DNA of 64,000 bases, taken from IMG/VR virus record IMGVR_UViG_3300042465_005479; one strand, 5' to 3'. This document shows positions 42,901 through 50,794 of this stretch, piece by piece (positions within the stretch are counted from its first letter, which is position 1; every line of letters begins with the position of its first letter). The notes beneath the pieces were generated by a model, which was given only the letters and a program-made list of their open reading frames with translations, searched no databases and had not been told where the DNA came from. The position numbers and the translations under genes were made by a program. The stretch is from an uncultured virus (IMG/VR IMGVR_UViG_3300042465_005479) (taxonomy: Duplodnaviria > Heunggongvirae > Uroviricota > Caudoviricetes).

Positions 42901-43515
42901 GGAAACAATAACATTGAAAACTTGTTGTTGGAAATCTGAAATTATTGTTGACGATGTTCCGTTAAAATTTTCATAAGTTTCATTAAATTTATTTGTTATT
43001 ATCGATTCATCACCTGTAAATGCACCAAAGACAACTGAACTTATATCATTATTACATCCGGTAAACGGTAATGTGAATGAATATTCCGTATATCCTGTAC
43101 ATATAGATTCACATGATGTAAAATCATATGTACTACCTGAACAGTCAAAATCAACTGTTGTTTTATCAACATTCGCTATCGTTCTAAAAGACCAAGATGG
43201 TCCCGCGTCATATCCTGACAATCCCAAAATTCTTGTAACAAACAATTGATTTGATTGTTGTAAATAAGATTTTGCGATATACGAAGCTTCATACTTCGGT
43301 ATTTGTGTATTAATAAACTTTTCAGGGGATGTTCCTCCAAAAAAAGTTGAGAATTCATCGAAATTTCGTATAAAGATAGGTTCGAATGCTGGTCCTTTTT
43401 GTGTTTCACCAACAATACCTAATGTGGTTACCCCCACACTTTGTGCTACGAAACTTAAATCAACTTCGGAAGTATATACCCCGGGAGATACGAATACTTT
43501 GCTGTTTGTTGCCAT
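39922..43515 (-). CDS. Contractile tail sheath protein with a large Ser/Thr/Cys-rich insertion
   Basis: N-terminal FVSPGVYTSEVD and GPAFEP; C-terminal YYPW, PWFAAAGYTRG, INPI, IWGNKT, RINVRRL and LFEQND. Confidence 0.93.
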   Translation of the reverse strand: MATNSKVFVSPGVYTSEVDLSFVAQSVGVTTLGIVGETQKGPAFEPIFIRNFDEFSTFFGGTSPEKFINTQIPKYEASYIAKSYLQQSNQLFVTRILGLSGYDAGPSWSFRTIANVDKTTVDFDCSGSTYDFTSCESICTGYTEYSFTLPFTGCNNDISSVVFGAFTGDESIITNKFNETYENFNGTSSTIISDFQQQVFNVIVSSTTLSTSATSLYCYGTILGDDYDNLVSIGYTNVTNVFDVNNVDSHLADYTAPENDPWYYALFDNNNGSYTGSSYYTVIDTLGQSSTSSNCSSFYSFSVLGVAGSINYNNSTISVVLPFATFSGTNLSTIVPTFSACCTGVTVNLSAQTSNVSVVNFSTGAVTYLLIPNDGSSTGTSFNVTVEIQNPCNPLTSGNTGNYTSGSIKTCYTGSVRGSVYVYTGTSYTDFDDLILATLRSRGIATYGAGSDGPTYQVNDVTDVTMNCTGGYSSIGKNPYSEFGLNITDKDNNTFFFETSFSESDSKYLPKVFGSSNFAKPRTTVPLFVEERFQTLLNYGYNKGYIRGINCNLVGLPRANNSNNDMSSIAFYLEKYQTPSSPWVVSELRGSKVYNLFRFTTVSDGDDANTEVKISIANMSFGNLTFDILVRDFYDTDNNPVVIEKFTNCSMNPQDNAFVGQKIGTADGEYALNSKYIMVEMNEDAPIDALPCGFQGFRFRNYATSRPPFPIYKTKYDYPGEVVFDPPFGLSSGSNLAIQSPGDNVRRTYLGISTGYGAGYDPDFFQYKGKQLPLDLCTAVEGNDWTYKTRGFHMDVNASSIVYPGTSNPEFFVGDAPFTSDPDSEVSPYYRIYSRKFSLLVQGGFDGWDIYRESRTNTDTFKLGRRGYLNGACTSIQYPTATGWGAFKKITVGKNNVDWANTDYYAYLLGQQTFSNPEAVNINLFVTPGIDYVNNSDLVEDAIEMIEFNRADSLYVCTTPDIDLFMPTVNLATDLIYPQEAINNLETTGVDSNYTATYYPWVLTRDSVNNTQIYLPPTAEVVRNLALTDNIAFPWFAAAGYTRGIVNAIKARKKLTQEDRDTLYQGRINPIATFSDVGTVIWGNKTLQVAQSALDRINVRRLLLQARKLISAVSVRLLFEQNDQKVRQDFLDAVNPILDAIRRDRGLYDFRVTVSSDTADLDRNQMTGKIYIKPTKSLEFIDITFYITPTGASFENI

Positions 43516-43632
43516 TAGTTTGTTTTGTTTATAATTTTATTTATATATAAATATTAAAAAAAAATCAAAATACTTTACTTCGTAGCAACTATTTATATTT
43601 TAGGGAGATTATTTTCTACCTTTTTTCTACTT

Positions 43633-43797
43633 ATGGATAAAGACATCAAAAAGATTAAAAATTTAAAGATATCGGTGGAGACACACGAGATTCTTAAAAC
43701 TTACTGTGAAAAGAAAGGTATTAAAATGTATCGGTTCTTAGAAAGACTTATTATTGAAAAATGTAAACCGACTAAAGATATCTATGGGGAAGACTAA
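43633..43797 (+). CDS. Small ribbon-helix-helix (Arc/MetJ/CopG-like) DNA-binding protein
   Basis: Not in the track (54 aa): MDKDIKKIKNLKISVETHEILKTYCEKKGIKMYRFLERLIIEKCKPTKDIYGED, with an alternating strand, helix, Gly turn and second helix. Confidence 0.7.
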   Translation: MDKDIKKIKNLKISVETHEILKTYCEKKGIKMYRFLERLIIEKCKPTKDIYGED

Positions 43798-44828
43798 AGT
43801 ATCTTATCAATAAATTGAATTGTTGATTCTAATGAGTCATCTTTCTTAACAATATTTAACCTTAATACGTCTCCGGAGTTAATTTGTATTAACTCTAAAT
43901 CAGAACCATAGTAATCATCATTGATATACACATCAAATGATTCAACATTTATTGTTTCACCAATTTTAATATCAACAATGTAACTAAACAATTGTGTTAA
44001 CGTATTATTACCAACAACAAACAATGCTTGACTACCAAGACCGGTTTCGTCATTTTGTTTCCGACCACGCTTAGTTGTTTTTTTTTCTATTTCAACAACT
44101 TGTAAAACTCTTGTTATTGCCGGGGAAACTTCAAACTCATCTTCATCAATTAAAAACCCTAACATTGTAAATTCATAACTTTGTATGTAGTATTTTCTTT
44201 TCTCAACATCAACAACAGATTCATCAGTAATCGCACCCATAACAATTGGAATGTAATGTCCTTTGATTACCGCATAGGCTTGTCTTGATGCAAATTTTTC
44301 TAAAATAACCTGATTAAGTTTATTTAACTCTCTCATTCTGTTACAAATAATTTTAACAGAATATGTTATATCAACCGGAACGGGTTGAGGTATTGTATAA
44401 ACATCCATCCCATTTCTTTGTCCATCCCAAGTAGGTACTTGAGCGTAAAAATATTGTCTTCTATTTGGAATATTATACATAAGAGCCGGGTTAGTCCCAA
44501 ATTTAACCTCCGGGATTCTAATTGTTGTAATAAAAGGAGGTTCCGTGTTTTTATCAATATTTTGGAAATTCCAAGTTTCAGTAAACTGAGCCCAATTTTG
44601 TGTGGTAACAATAATATCAACGGTTGGTATTGTTTTACCCTCAACCACCACTTTTAAATCATCTCTAACAAAATCTAAAAAACCTCTATCTAAATCGGCA
44701 TGCAATAAAGATTTTGGAAGATAAGTTCCGTCTTTATTGATTTTATCCAAAAGTTCTTCTCTTCTTGGTAAAAGAGTTTTGGACTCCGTTAGTGGTATAT
44801 TTTTCTTTATTTTACTTGGTAAACCCAT
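43794..44828 (-). CDS. Putative tail terminator / sheath stabiliser (gp15-like)
   Basis: 344 aa between the neck and sheath genes; IPQPVPVDITYSV.I......LN.L...I resembles tail-completion proteins. Confidence 0.5.
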   Translation of the reverse strand: MGLPSKIKKNIPLTESKTLLPRREELLDKINKDGTYLPKSLLHADLDRGFLDFVRDDLKVVVEGKTIPTVDIIVTTQNWAQFTETWNFQNIDKNTEPPFITTIRIPEVKFGTNPALMYNIPNRRQYFYAQVPTWDGQRNGMDVYTIPQPVPVDITYSVKIICNRMRELNKLNQVILEKFASRQAYAVIKGHYIPIVMGAITDESVVDVEKRKYYIQSYEFTMLGFLIDEDEFEVSPAITRVLQVVEIEKKTTKRGRKQNDETGLGSQALFVVGNNTLTQLFSYIVDIKIGETINVESFDVYINDDYYGSDLELIQINSGDVLRLNIVKKDDSLESTIQFIDKIL

Positions 44829-44829
44829 T

Positions 44830-45276
44830 TTATTGTTTTGTTATAAATATTTTGTTTCTTGAATTTATCATTTCTACCTCACCGGCTCTATATATAGGTT
44901 CTTCGGTGTCTTTCATAACGTAAGAGTTGTATTTGTATGGGTTGTAAGTCACAATATTACTATTTGGTTCGGTTGGTAGGTTTTCACAAGGATATTTACA
45001 ATAATCCATCAATGTTCCAATCACAAATGAATGAACATTCTTTCTTTTCTCTTTTATTACCTTTTCTCTTCCTCCCGGTCTAACTCTAAACTCAACATCA
45101 CTTAGTTTGACGTAATCAGAATGATTAACAACTAAACCTTTATATATTATTGAAAAAGTGTGTTTATGTAGATTATAATAAATCATAACTTTTTTACCGA
45201 TGTAATCCTTTTCTTCATCATTTGAAACATCTTCAAAGATTCTGTTTGCTTGTGATTCTGTTATTAATACTTTCAT
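44830..45276 (-). CDS. Hypothetical phage protein with an MKVLITE leader
   Basis: 148 aa with YYNLHKHTFSI, RKNVHSFV.G and VTYNPYK blocks; function unknown. Confidence 0.6.
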   Translation of the reverse strand: MKVLITESQANRIFEDVSNDEEKDYIGKKVMIYYNLHKHTFSIIYKGLVVNHSDYVKLSDVEFRVRPGGREKVIKEKRKNVHSFVIGTLMDYCKYPCENLPTEPNSNIVTYNPYKYNSYVMKDTEEPIYRAGEVEMINSRNKIFITKQ

Positions 45277-45683
45277 TATTAGTAATATGTTGTTACCGTT
45301 TTAACGGGTAAATTAAAATTATCTTGAAACCATTTTTTCATTGGTCCCTTCCAATGGTTACCAAACATAGAGTCTAAATGTTCGGAATATTCACCTGTTA
45401 CATCTAATGTTGGTGCATCATCTTTAAATGGTTTAGCTGATGGTTCGTCACTATAATATTCTACTTCTAAATAATAAAAAATAACATCACTATCTTCTTC
45501 ACCTTCCCAATCTCCATTATAGAAAATTAATAAGTTTTCATTTTCATTATAATCAACTAAATCACCATCCTCACCGTCATCCATACCATAAGTCCAATGA
45601 ATATCGTCTTTATTAAAATCTCCTTCGATATATGAATATATTGAATCAAATAATTTATTTTCTGTTATTAATACTTTCATTAT
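45256..45683. repeat. 24-bp perfect direct repeat flanking one gene
   Basis: ttctgttattaatactttcattat at 45256-45279 and 45660-45683. Confidence 0.9.
45279..45680 (-). CDS. Acidic hypothetical protein with an MKVLITE leader
   Basis: 133-aa Asp/Glu-rich ORF, TAATG-coupled to the upstream gene. Confidence 0.65.
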   Translation of the reverse strand: MKVLITENKLFDSIYSYIEGDFNKDDIHWTYGMDDGEDGDLVDYNENENLLIFYNGDWEGEEDSDVIFYYLEVEYYSDEPSAKPFKDDAPTLDVTGEYSEHLDSMFGNHWKGPMKKWFQDNFNLPVKTVTTYY

Positions 45684-46192
45684 AACCCTCTAAATTCGTT
45701 ATTTGTAACCGGTGACGCCATAATTGTTCTATAGAATGGTTTGTATCCACCCAAAGTATGTTTGTTGTCAGAAGTAACCCTTCCATCATTATTAACCGTG
45801 TAATATCTTACTTTGTCTTCTGTTTCGTAGTATCCGATATAATCACCATAACTAATCTCCACCTCTAACTCATCCAAATCTCTTTGATAAACAGATACTT
45901 TCATATTACCCGGCTCCATTTGGTCAATTTTAGAATTACCTAAATATTTGTTCTCAGGGGCCATAATTTGAACATATCCTTTGAACTCCACCGGTGGTAA
46001 AAATTTGATACCGTCAGATACCGTCTCACCATAAACATCGTCCGTTTTGGTCTTATATCTATCAACACGATATAGAACTAATGTAAAGTTCATATCCCCG
46101 TGTAACCATTCGGTCCCAAAGTCTTGTTCTAACTTGAAATCCTCCGCTCCAAAGAACTTACCTATCCTTGTAATTGGTACTTTATTATCCAT
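45680..46192 (-). CDS. Putative neck / head-closure protein (gp14-like)
   Basis: VLYRVD...T.TDDVYGE.....KF.PPVE and GD.I.Y....Y.V; genomic context. Confidence 0.55.
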   Translation of the reverse strand: MDNKVPITRIGKFFGAEDFKLEQDFGTEWLHGDMNFTLVLYRVDRYKTKTDDVYGETVSDGIKFLPPVEFKGYVQIMAPENKYLGNSKIDQMEPGNMKVSVYQRDLDELEVEISYGDYIGYYETEDKVRYYTVNNDGRVTSDNKHTLGGYKPFYRTIMASPVTNNEFRGL

Positions 46193-46199
46193 ATTGTTT

Positions 46200-46517
46200 T
46201 TATCTATTATAAAAATTTTCGTTTCTTGTTCCGGATTGGTTGATATACACTTTTAATCCAAAATAATCTTTTAAATCTTTTGTTATATGATGATTCCATT
46301 CGTCTCTGTAACGAACAGGAATTAAATTTTTGTCGTTAGCTTTCAAATATTTACTATCATCAGGAACAACATAAGTTATTTTCATATAATATTCGCTCTC
46401 ATCTCCTACGGGAGTTATTTCAAACGCAATCTTTGAGACCCCTTCAGGTTTTGATATATTTAGATATCGTCTAATTAACTTTGTATCCCGGTCAAGATTT
46501 ATTGGTTTGTTGTTCAT
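46200..46517 (-). CDS. Hypothetical protein
   Basis: 105-aa ORF with a TATTTAT motif upstream. Confidence 0.55.
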   Translation of the reverse strand: MNNKPINLDRDTKLIRRYLNISKPEGVSKIAFEITPVGDESEYYMKITYVVPDDSKYLKANDKNLIPVRYRDEWNHHITKDLKDYFGLKVYINQSGTRNENFYNR

Positions 46518-46518
46518 A

Positions 46519-46547
46519 TTGATAAATATTATAAAATGTGTTATATT
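46519..46547 (+). promoter_or_regulatory. Host-RNAP-type promoter of the SNF2 helicase gene
   Basis: TTGATA-N17-TATATT; it covers the track's ATG at 46536, which favours a TTG start at 46566. Confidence 0.5.
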
Positions 46548-46565
46548 TCTACTAAAAGATTAAAT

Positions 46566-48341
46566 TTGGAAAACAATACATCTGAAAATTCTAATTTAAC
46601 AATAGAACAACGAGCGATATCTATCCTTGAAACTTATCAGGGGGCAAATAACTATATCCTAAAATTAAAATTCCAAAAGGAAACTAACAAAAGATTCTTC
46701 CCGACTCGGGCACAATCTGACTACATAATAAATTTTAACGAAGTAACACCAAAGGTAGCCAAAAGATGGGTTGATTTAGACCCCTACTTTGCCAAAAAAA
46801 TTGCTGATGAAAAATTATTACTTAAAATCCCCGAACAGGTATGGGTGGAAAAGCTATTAGTTGAGAAAGAAAAATCCTACCACGTTTGGGGAAAAGTTTT
46901 AGAATCTGAAACAATCCACGATTTTTGGTTACCTAAAGGTGCTTTGATTAAAACACACACAATTAAGAATATTGTGGTAGATTATTCAAAATACTCTAAT
47001 CGTCCACCATTAGAACATCAAAAAGAAGCTATCGAAAAACTTGCCGGTTCTAAAAGGTTTATTCTTGCCGATGATATGGGATTAGGTAAAACCACCGCAA
47101 CCATTATCGCCGCTTTAGAGACGGGTGCAAAGAAAATATTAATTGTTTGTCCGGCATCTCTTAAAATTAACTGGCAAAGAGAAATTGAGAACTATACCGA
47201 TAGAAGTGTTTATATCTCTGAAGGTAAGAATTTTTCAATAGAACACGATTTTGTTATTGTAAATTACGATATTCTTAAAAACTTCTACGATTTGAAAGGT
47301 AAATCAGAATCTTTAATAACACAAGGAAATTTTGATTTAATTATTTTGGATGAGGCTCATTATGTGAGTAATGGACAAGCCGCAAGAACCAAACTTGTTA
47401 ATAGTTTTTCTAAAAGTTGTGAAAGAGTGTGGTTATTAACCGGGACACCGATGACTAACCGTCCAATGAATTATTTTAACTTATTGGCTCTTATTGAGAG
47501 TCCGGTGGCTCAGAATTGGATGGCTTACGCTATTAGATATTGTCAAGGTTACCAATTCACCGCAGGAACTCGTAAAATATGGAATGTAACCGGAGCATCC
47601 AATTTGGAAGAATTAAGAGACAGAACCTCAAGACAAGTTTTACGTAGGTTGAAAACGGAAGTGTTAGATTTACCTGAGAAAATTATTACACCGGTTTATC
47701 TAAGATTAAAGTCAAAACTTTATGAAGGGTTGATGGGGGAATACTATGATTGGTATAATAAGAATCCCGATGAGTCAACATCTTTGACGGTTCAATTCAG
47801 TAAGTTAATGAAAGTTCGTCAGGTAATTGCTGAAGAAAAAATAAAAGATACTATAGAATTAGCTGAAAATATTTTGGAACAAGACAAAAAAGTTATTATC
47901 TTTACCAACTTTACTGAAACATTAAACAGAATTGCCGACCATTTTGGAAAACAAGCGGTTAGATTAGATGGTTCAACATCAAAACCTCAACGACAATATG
48001 CTGTTGACCAATTCCAAGATAATGAAAAGATTAAAGTCTTTGTTGGTAACGTAAAAGCTGCCGGTGTAGGTATCACATTAACCGCCGCTGAAGCAGTAAT
48101 CATTAATGACTTATCATTTGTTCCGGGTGACTTAGCTCAAGCAGAAGACAGAGCATACAGATACGGACAAAAAAATTCGGTATCAGTTTACTACCCAATA
48201 TTTGATAACTCAATTGAAGGAATTATTTACGATATGGTAAATCAAAAGAAACAAAACATTGGAACCGTGATGGGGGACAATATCTCTGAAAGTGGAGATT
48301 TTATCGGAGAACTTATGAATAAAATAAACAACCGGGGTTAA
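46566..48341 (+). CDS. SNF2/SWI2-family helicase (SMARCAL1/HARP-like)
   Basis: LADDMGLGKT, IVCPASLKINW, LDEAH, LLTGTP, LRRLK, GVGITLTAA and QAEDRAYRYGQ. Confidence 0.92.
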   Translation: MENNTSENSNLTIEQRAISILETYQGANNYILKLKFQKETNKRFFPTRAQSDYIINFNEVTPKVAKRWVDLDPYFAKKIADEKLLLKIPEQVWVEKLLVEKEKSYHVWGKVLESETIHDFWLPKGALIKTHTIKNIVVDYSKYSNRPPLEHQKEAIEKLAGSKRFILADDMGLGKTTATIIAALETGAKKILIVCPASLKINWQREIENYTDRSVYISEGKNFSIEHDFVIVNYDILKNFYDLKGKSESLITQGNFDLIILDEAHYVSNGQAARTKLVNSFSKSCERVWLLTGTPMTNRPMNYFNLLALIESPVAQNWMAYAIRYCQGYQFTAGTRKIWNVTGASNLEELRDRTSRQVLRRLKTEVLDLPEKIITPVYLRLKSKLYEGLMGEYYDWYNKNPDESTSLTVQFSKLMKVRQVIAEEKIKDTIELAENILEQDKKVIIFTNFTETLNRIADHFGKQAVRLDGSTSKPQRQYAVDQFQDNEKIKVFVGNVKAAGVGITLTAAEAVIINDLSFVPGDLAQAEDRAYRYGQKNSVSVYYPIFDNSIEGIIYDMVNQKKQNIGTVMGDNISESGDFIGELMNKINNRG

Positions 48342-48353
48342 TTCGGTTGTTTA
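48325..48353 (+). terminator. Hairpin overlapping the helicase stop codon (possible terminator)
   Basis: TAAACAACCG-N9-CGGTTGTTTA; the U-tract is weak. Confidence 0.4.
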
Positions 48354-48380
48354 GATATTTATCGTAATAAACAAGCCTAT

Positions 48381-49265
48381 ATGAAAAATACAGAAAACAA
48401 GGTTAATCTATTAATTCAAGAGATTAACAAAAACGAAACGGACAGAAAAATATCATTAGTTTTATCAGAATCAAAAGCAGAAAAATGCTCACCATCTAAA
48501 GTTGAAGAAATTAGACAAGTATTCAACACAAACCCAAGAGTGAAAGAGTCGTTTAAAAACTCAATCAACCATATATTAAGAGAAGTGTTCCCTAACAATT
48601 ATTACGCAAAAGGTAAATATGGTGAAGGGGAGATGTCCGGAATATACGATTTAGAACAAGAGGGTCGTTCAGTAATAAACAAATTAAACACAAACTATAG
48701 TTGTTTTTGTGTGTTACTTAGAGATGTTAATAAAGTTTTATTATCTCAAAAACAACAACCAATATCGTTTCAAAACTCAGACTCATTTGAACAATTAAAC
48801 CAAGTTAAACGTTTTGTTAACGTTATTGATGATTATAAAGACAGAATTTTTAATCCCGAGTCATCAACATTCCAATCTCTTATGATGGTTTTAGGACAAA
48901 CCCACGCTTGGGGTCAAAAACGAGAAGACACTACGGTCGAAATCCTTAAAAAACAATTTGGTAAAGATAATGTAAATGCTGTTGGTAAACTTGGTAGTAG
49001 TGAAGATATGATTGGTGGAATTGATTGTGAAATAATTATTGATGGTGAGAGAAAAACCGCACAAATTAAACCATTCACAAATACCAAAACTGAAGACGGT
49101 AACACTATTGTTATGGGTTCAGGAAATGTTAAAAGATATAATACCGATTGGTTGATATTTGCCAAAAACAACAAAGAAATCCTGATATTTAACAATAAAA
49201 ACGGTAAAATATGGGGTGGTAATTTTGTTTTCCCTGAAGAAAATTTAATTTATACTCTTAGCTGA
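48381..49265 (+). CDS. Hypothetical protein with a PD-(D/E)xK-like nuclease motif
   Basis: WGQKRE...EDMIGGIDCEI......TAQIKP resembles a restriction-endonuclease-fold active site. Confidence 0.45.
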   Translation: MKNTENKVNLLIQEINKNETDRKISLVLSESKAEKCSPSKVEEIRQVFNTNPRVKESFKNSINHILREVFPNNYYAKGKYGEGEMSGIYDLEQEGRSVINKLNTNYSCFCVLLRDVNKVLLSQKQQPISFQNSDSFEQLNQVKRFVNVIDDYKDRIFNPESSTFQSLMMVLGQTHAWGQKREDTTVEILKKQFGKDNVNAVGKLGSSEDMIGGIDCEIIIDGERKTAQIKPFTNTKTEDGNTIVMGSGNVKRYNTDWLIFAKNNKEILIFNNKNGKIWGGNFVFPEENLIYTLS

Positions 49266-49290
49266 TATTTATATAGAAACACAAATCTAT

Positions 49291-50412
49291 ATGGCTGGAA
49301 TTGCAGAACCGGAAAGAACCCAACTTTACACACGAATCAAACACTTATTGGGTGCACCACTTCGTTCGATTGAAATCGAAGACGAAATGATGGATAGTTT
49401 AATGGAATTGTCAATTAGTGATTATTCCCAATATGTTCAAGATTGGTTAATTGAATCCCAATGGACATCCCTATATAATCTTAACTTAGATACTCAATCA
49501 TTATCAAGAGCATTCATAACTAAAAGTTTAGACTATGAAACTCGATACACTTACGCTTATTCAAAAATTGTTGGATTACAAGCCGGTGGTGATTGGGAAC
49601 TTAAAAAAGATTATATTGATTTAGTTGCTCATCAACAAATTTATGAAATCCCTGCTAATAGAGAAATCAATGAAGTTATGTGGTATACACCCGCAGAACT
49701 TAATAGTATGTTATTAGACCCTTGGACTTTTGGTTCATTGGGTGCCGGTGGTATTGGTGGACCGGGTGGGTTTGCTCAGATGGGTATGTCAGGTTCAATG
49801 TTTATGATGCCAGCGTTTGATATGTTATTGAGAATGCAAGAGAATAATATTCAACGAAGAATTATTGCCGGTGATTTAACTTATAGAATTACAGCTTTAC
49901 CTGAAGGTAAAAAGGCGTTACATTTAATGCAAGTTCCCGGTGGTAAATTTGACTTTGGTAGTGCAACAATGAAAAGAGGTAAAGTTTGGTATTGGTATTA
50001 TGACGTAGGTCCTGCAGATAGAGACAAATGTTTAAAATCAAATCCGGACATTATTAAATTACCTTCAGATGTTCCGTTAGAAGGAATTGATTGGGTAGAT
50101 TTAAATAACCCCGCTCAAGTTTGGATTCGTCGTTGGTTTACCGCTTATGTTAAAGAAACTTTAGCGAGAGTTCGTGGTAAATTTAGTGGTAATGTTAAAA
50201 CACCTGATAGCGAGTTAACAATGGACTATCAATCATTAGCGACAGAAGCTAAAGATGAAAAGACTAAATTAATTGAAGAATTGATTGGTGCTGAAGGTAG
50301 GTTAACAAGATTAAAACCTGAAAAAGTAATGGAACGAGAGGCATTAATCGCAGAGAACTTAAACAAACAGTTAAAGTTCAGAGCAATGCCAAGACAAATA
50401 TACGTAATTTAA
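49291..50412 (+). CDS. Neck / head-tail adaptor protein (T4 gp13-like)
   Basis: LGAP...IEIEDE at the N-terminus; WIRRW..A..KETL.RVRGKFSG....P.......L..EA..EK..L. Confidence 0.75.
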   Translation: MAGIAEPERTQLYTRIKHLLGAPLRSIEIEDEMMDSLMELSISDYSQYVQDWLIESQWTSLYNLNLDTQSLSRAFITKSLDYETRYTYAYSKIVGLQAGGDWELKKDYIDLVAHQQIYEIPANREINEVMWYTPAELNSMLLDPWTFGSLGAGGIGGPGGFAQMGMSGSMFMMPAFDMLLRMQENNIQRRIIAGDLTYRITALPEGKKALHLMQVPGGKFDFGSATMKRGKVWYWYYDVGPADRDKCLKSNPDIIKLPSDVPLEGIDWVDLNNPAQVWIRRWFTAYVKETLARVRGKFSGNVKTPDSELTMDYQSLATEAKDEKTKLIEELIGAEGRLTRLKPEKVMEREALIAENLNKQLKFRAMPRQIYVI

Positions 50413-50417
50413 TTTAT

Positions 50418-50762
50418 ATGACATTTATAACAAGAACAAAAATTGGGAACAAATTATTTGGCTCAATGTCCAATTTAAACACAACTAACCCTATTCAAAC
50501 AGTTACGGTTCCGGAACATAGAACTAATGGCGAAGAATTCATCTTAGTTAAAGATGTCCCTAATTGTAAAATAATATTAGACCAAAGTAGTACTGAACAC
50601 ATTGTAATAAAGTCATTAACTAATGTTTTAATAGTTCCATTTATGGGTCTTATTGATGAACAATATGATGAAATATTAATTGAAAGAGGTGCTGCCGTTG
50701 AATTATTCCGGGTTGACGGTAATTGGTATATTCTTTCAAGTGATGGGGTAAAACTACAATAA
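50418..50762 (+). CDS. Hypothetical protein
   Basis: 114 aa, beta-rich, ending VEL....GNWYILSSDG. Confidence 0.6.
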   Translation: MTFITRTKIGNKLFGSMSNLNTTNPIQTVTVPEHRTNGEEFILVKDVPNCKIILDQSSTEHIVIKSLTNVLIVPFMGLIDEQYDEILIERGAAVELFRVDGNWYILSSDGVKLQ

Positions 50763-50794
50763 AAAAGGTGTCGTATTCGACACCTTTTCTGTTT
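50761..50794. terminator. Bidirectional intrinsic terminator between convergent genes
   Basis: AAAAAAGGTGTCG-TATT-CGACACCTTTT, with an A run on one side and a T run on the other. Confidence 0.85.
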
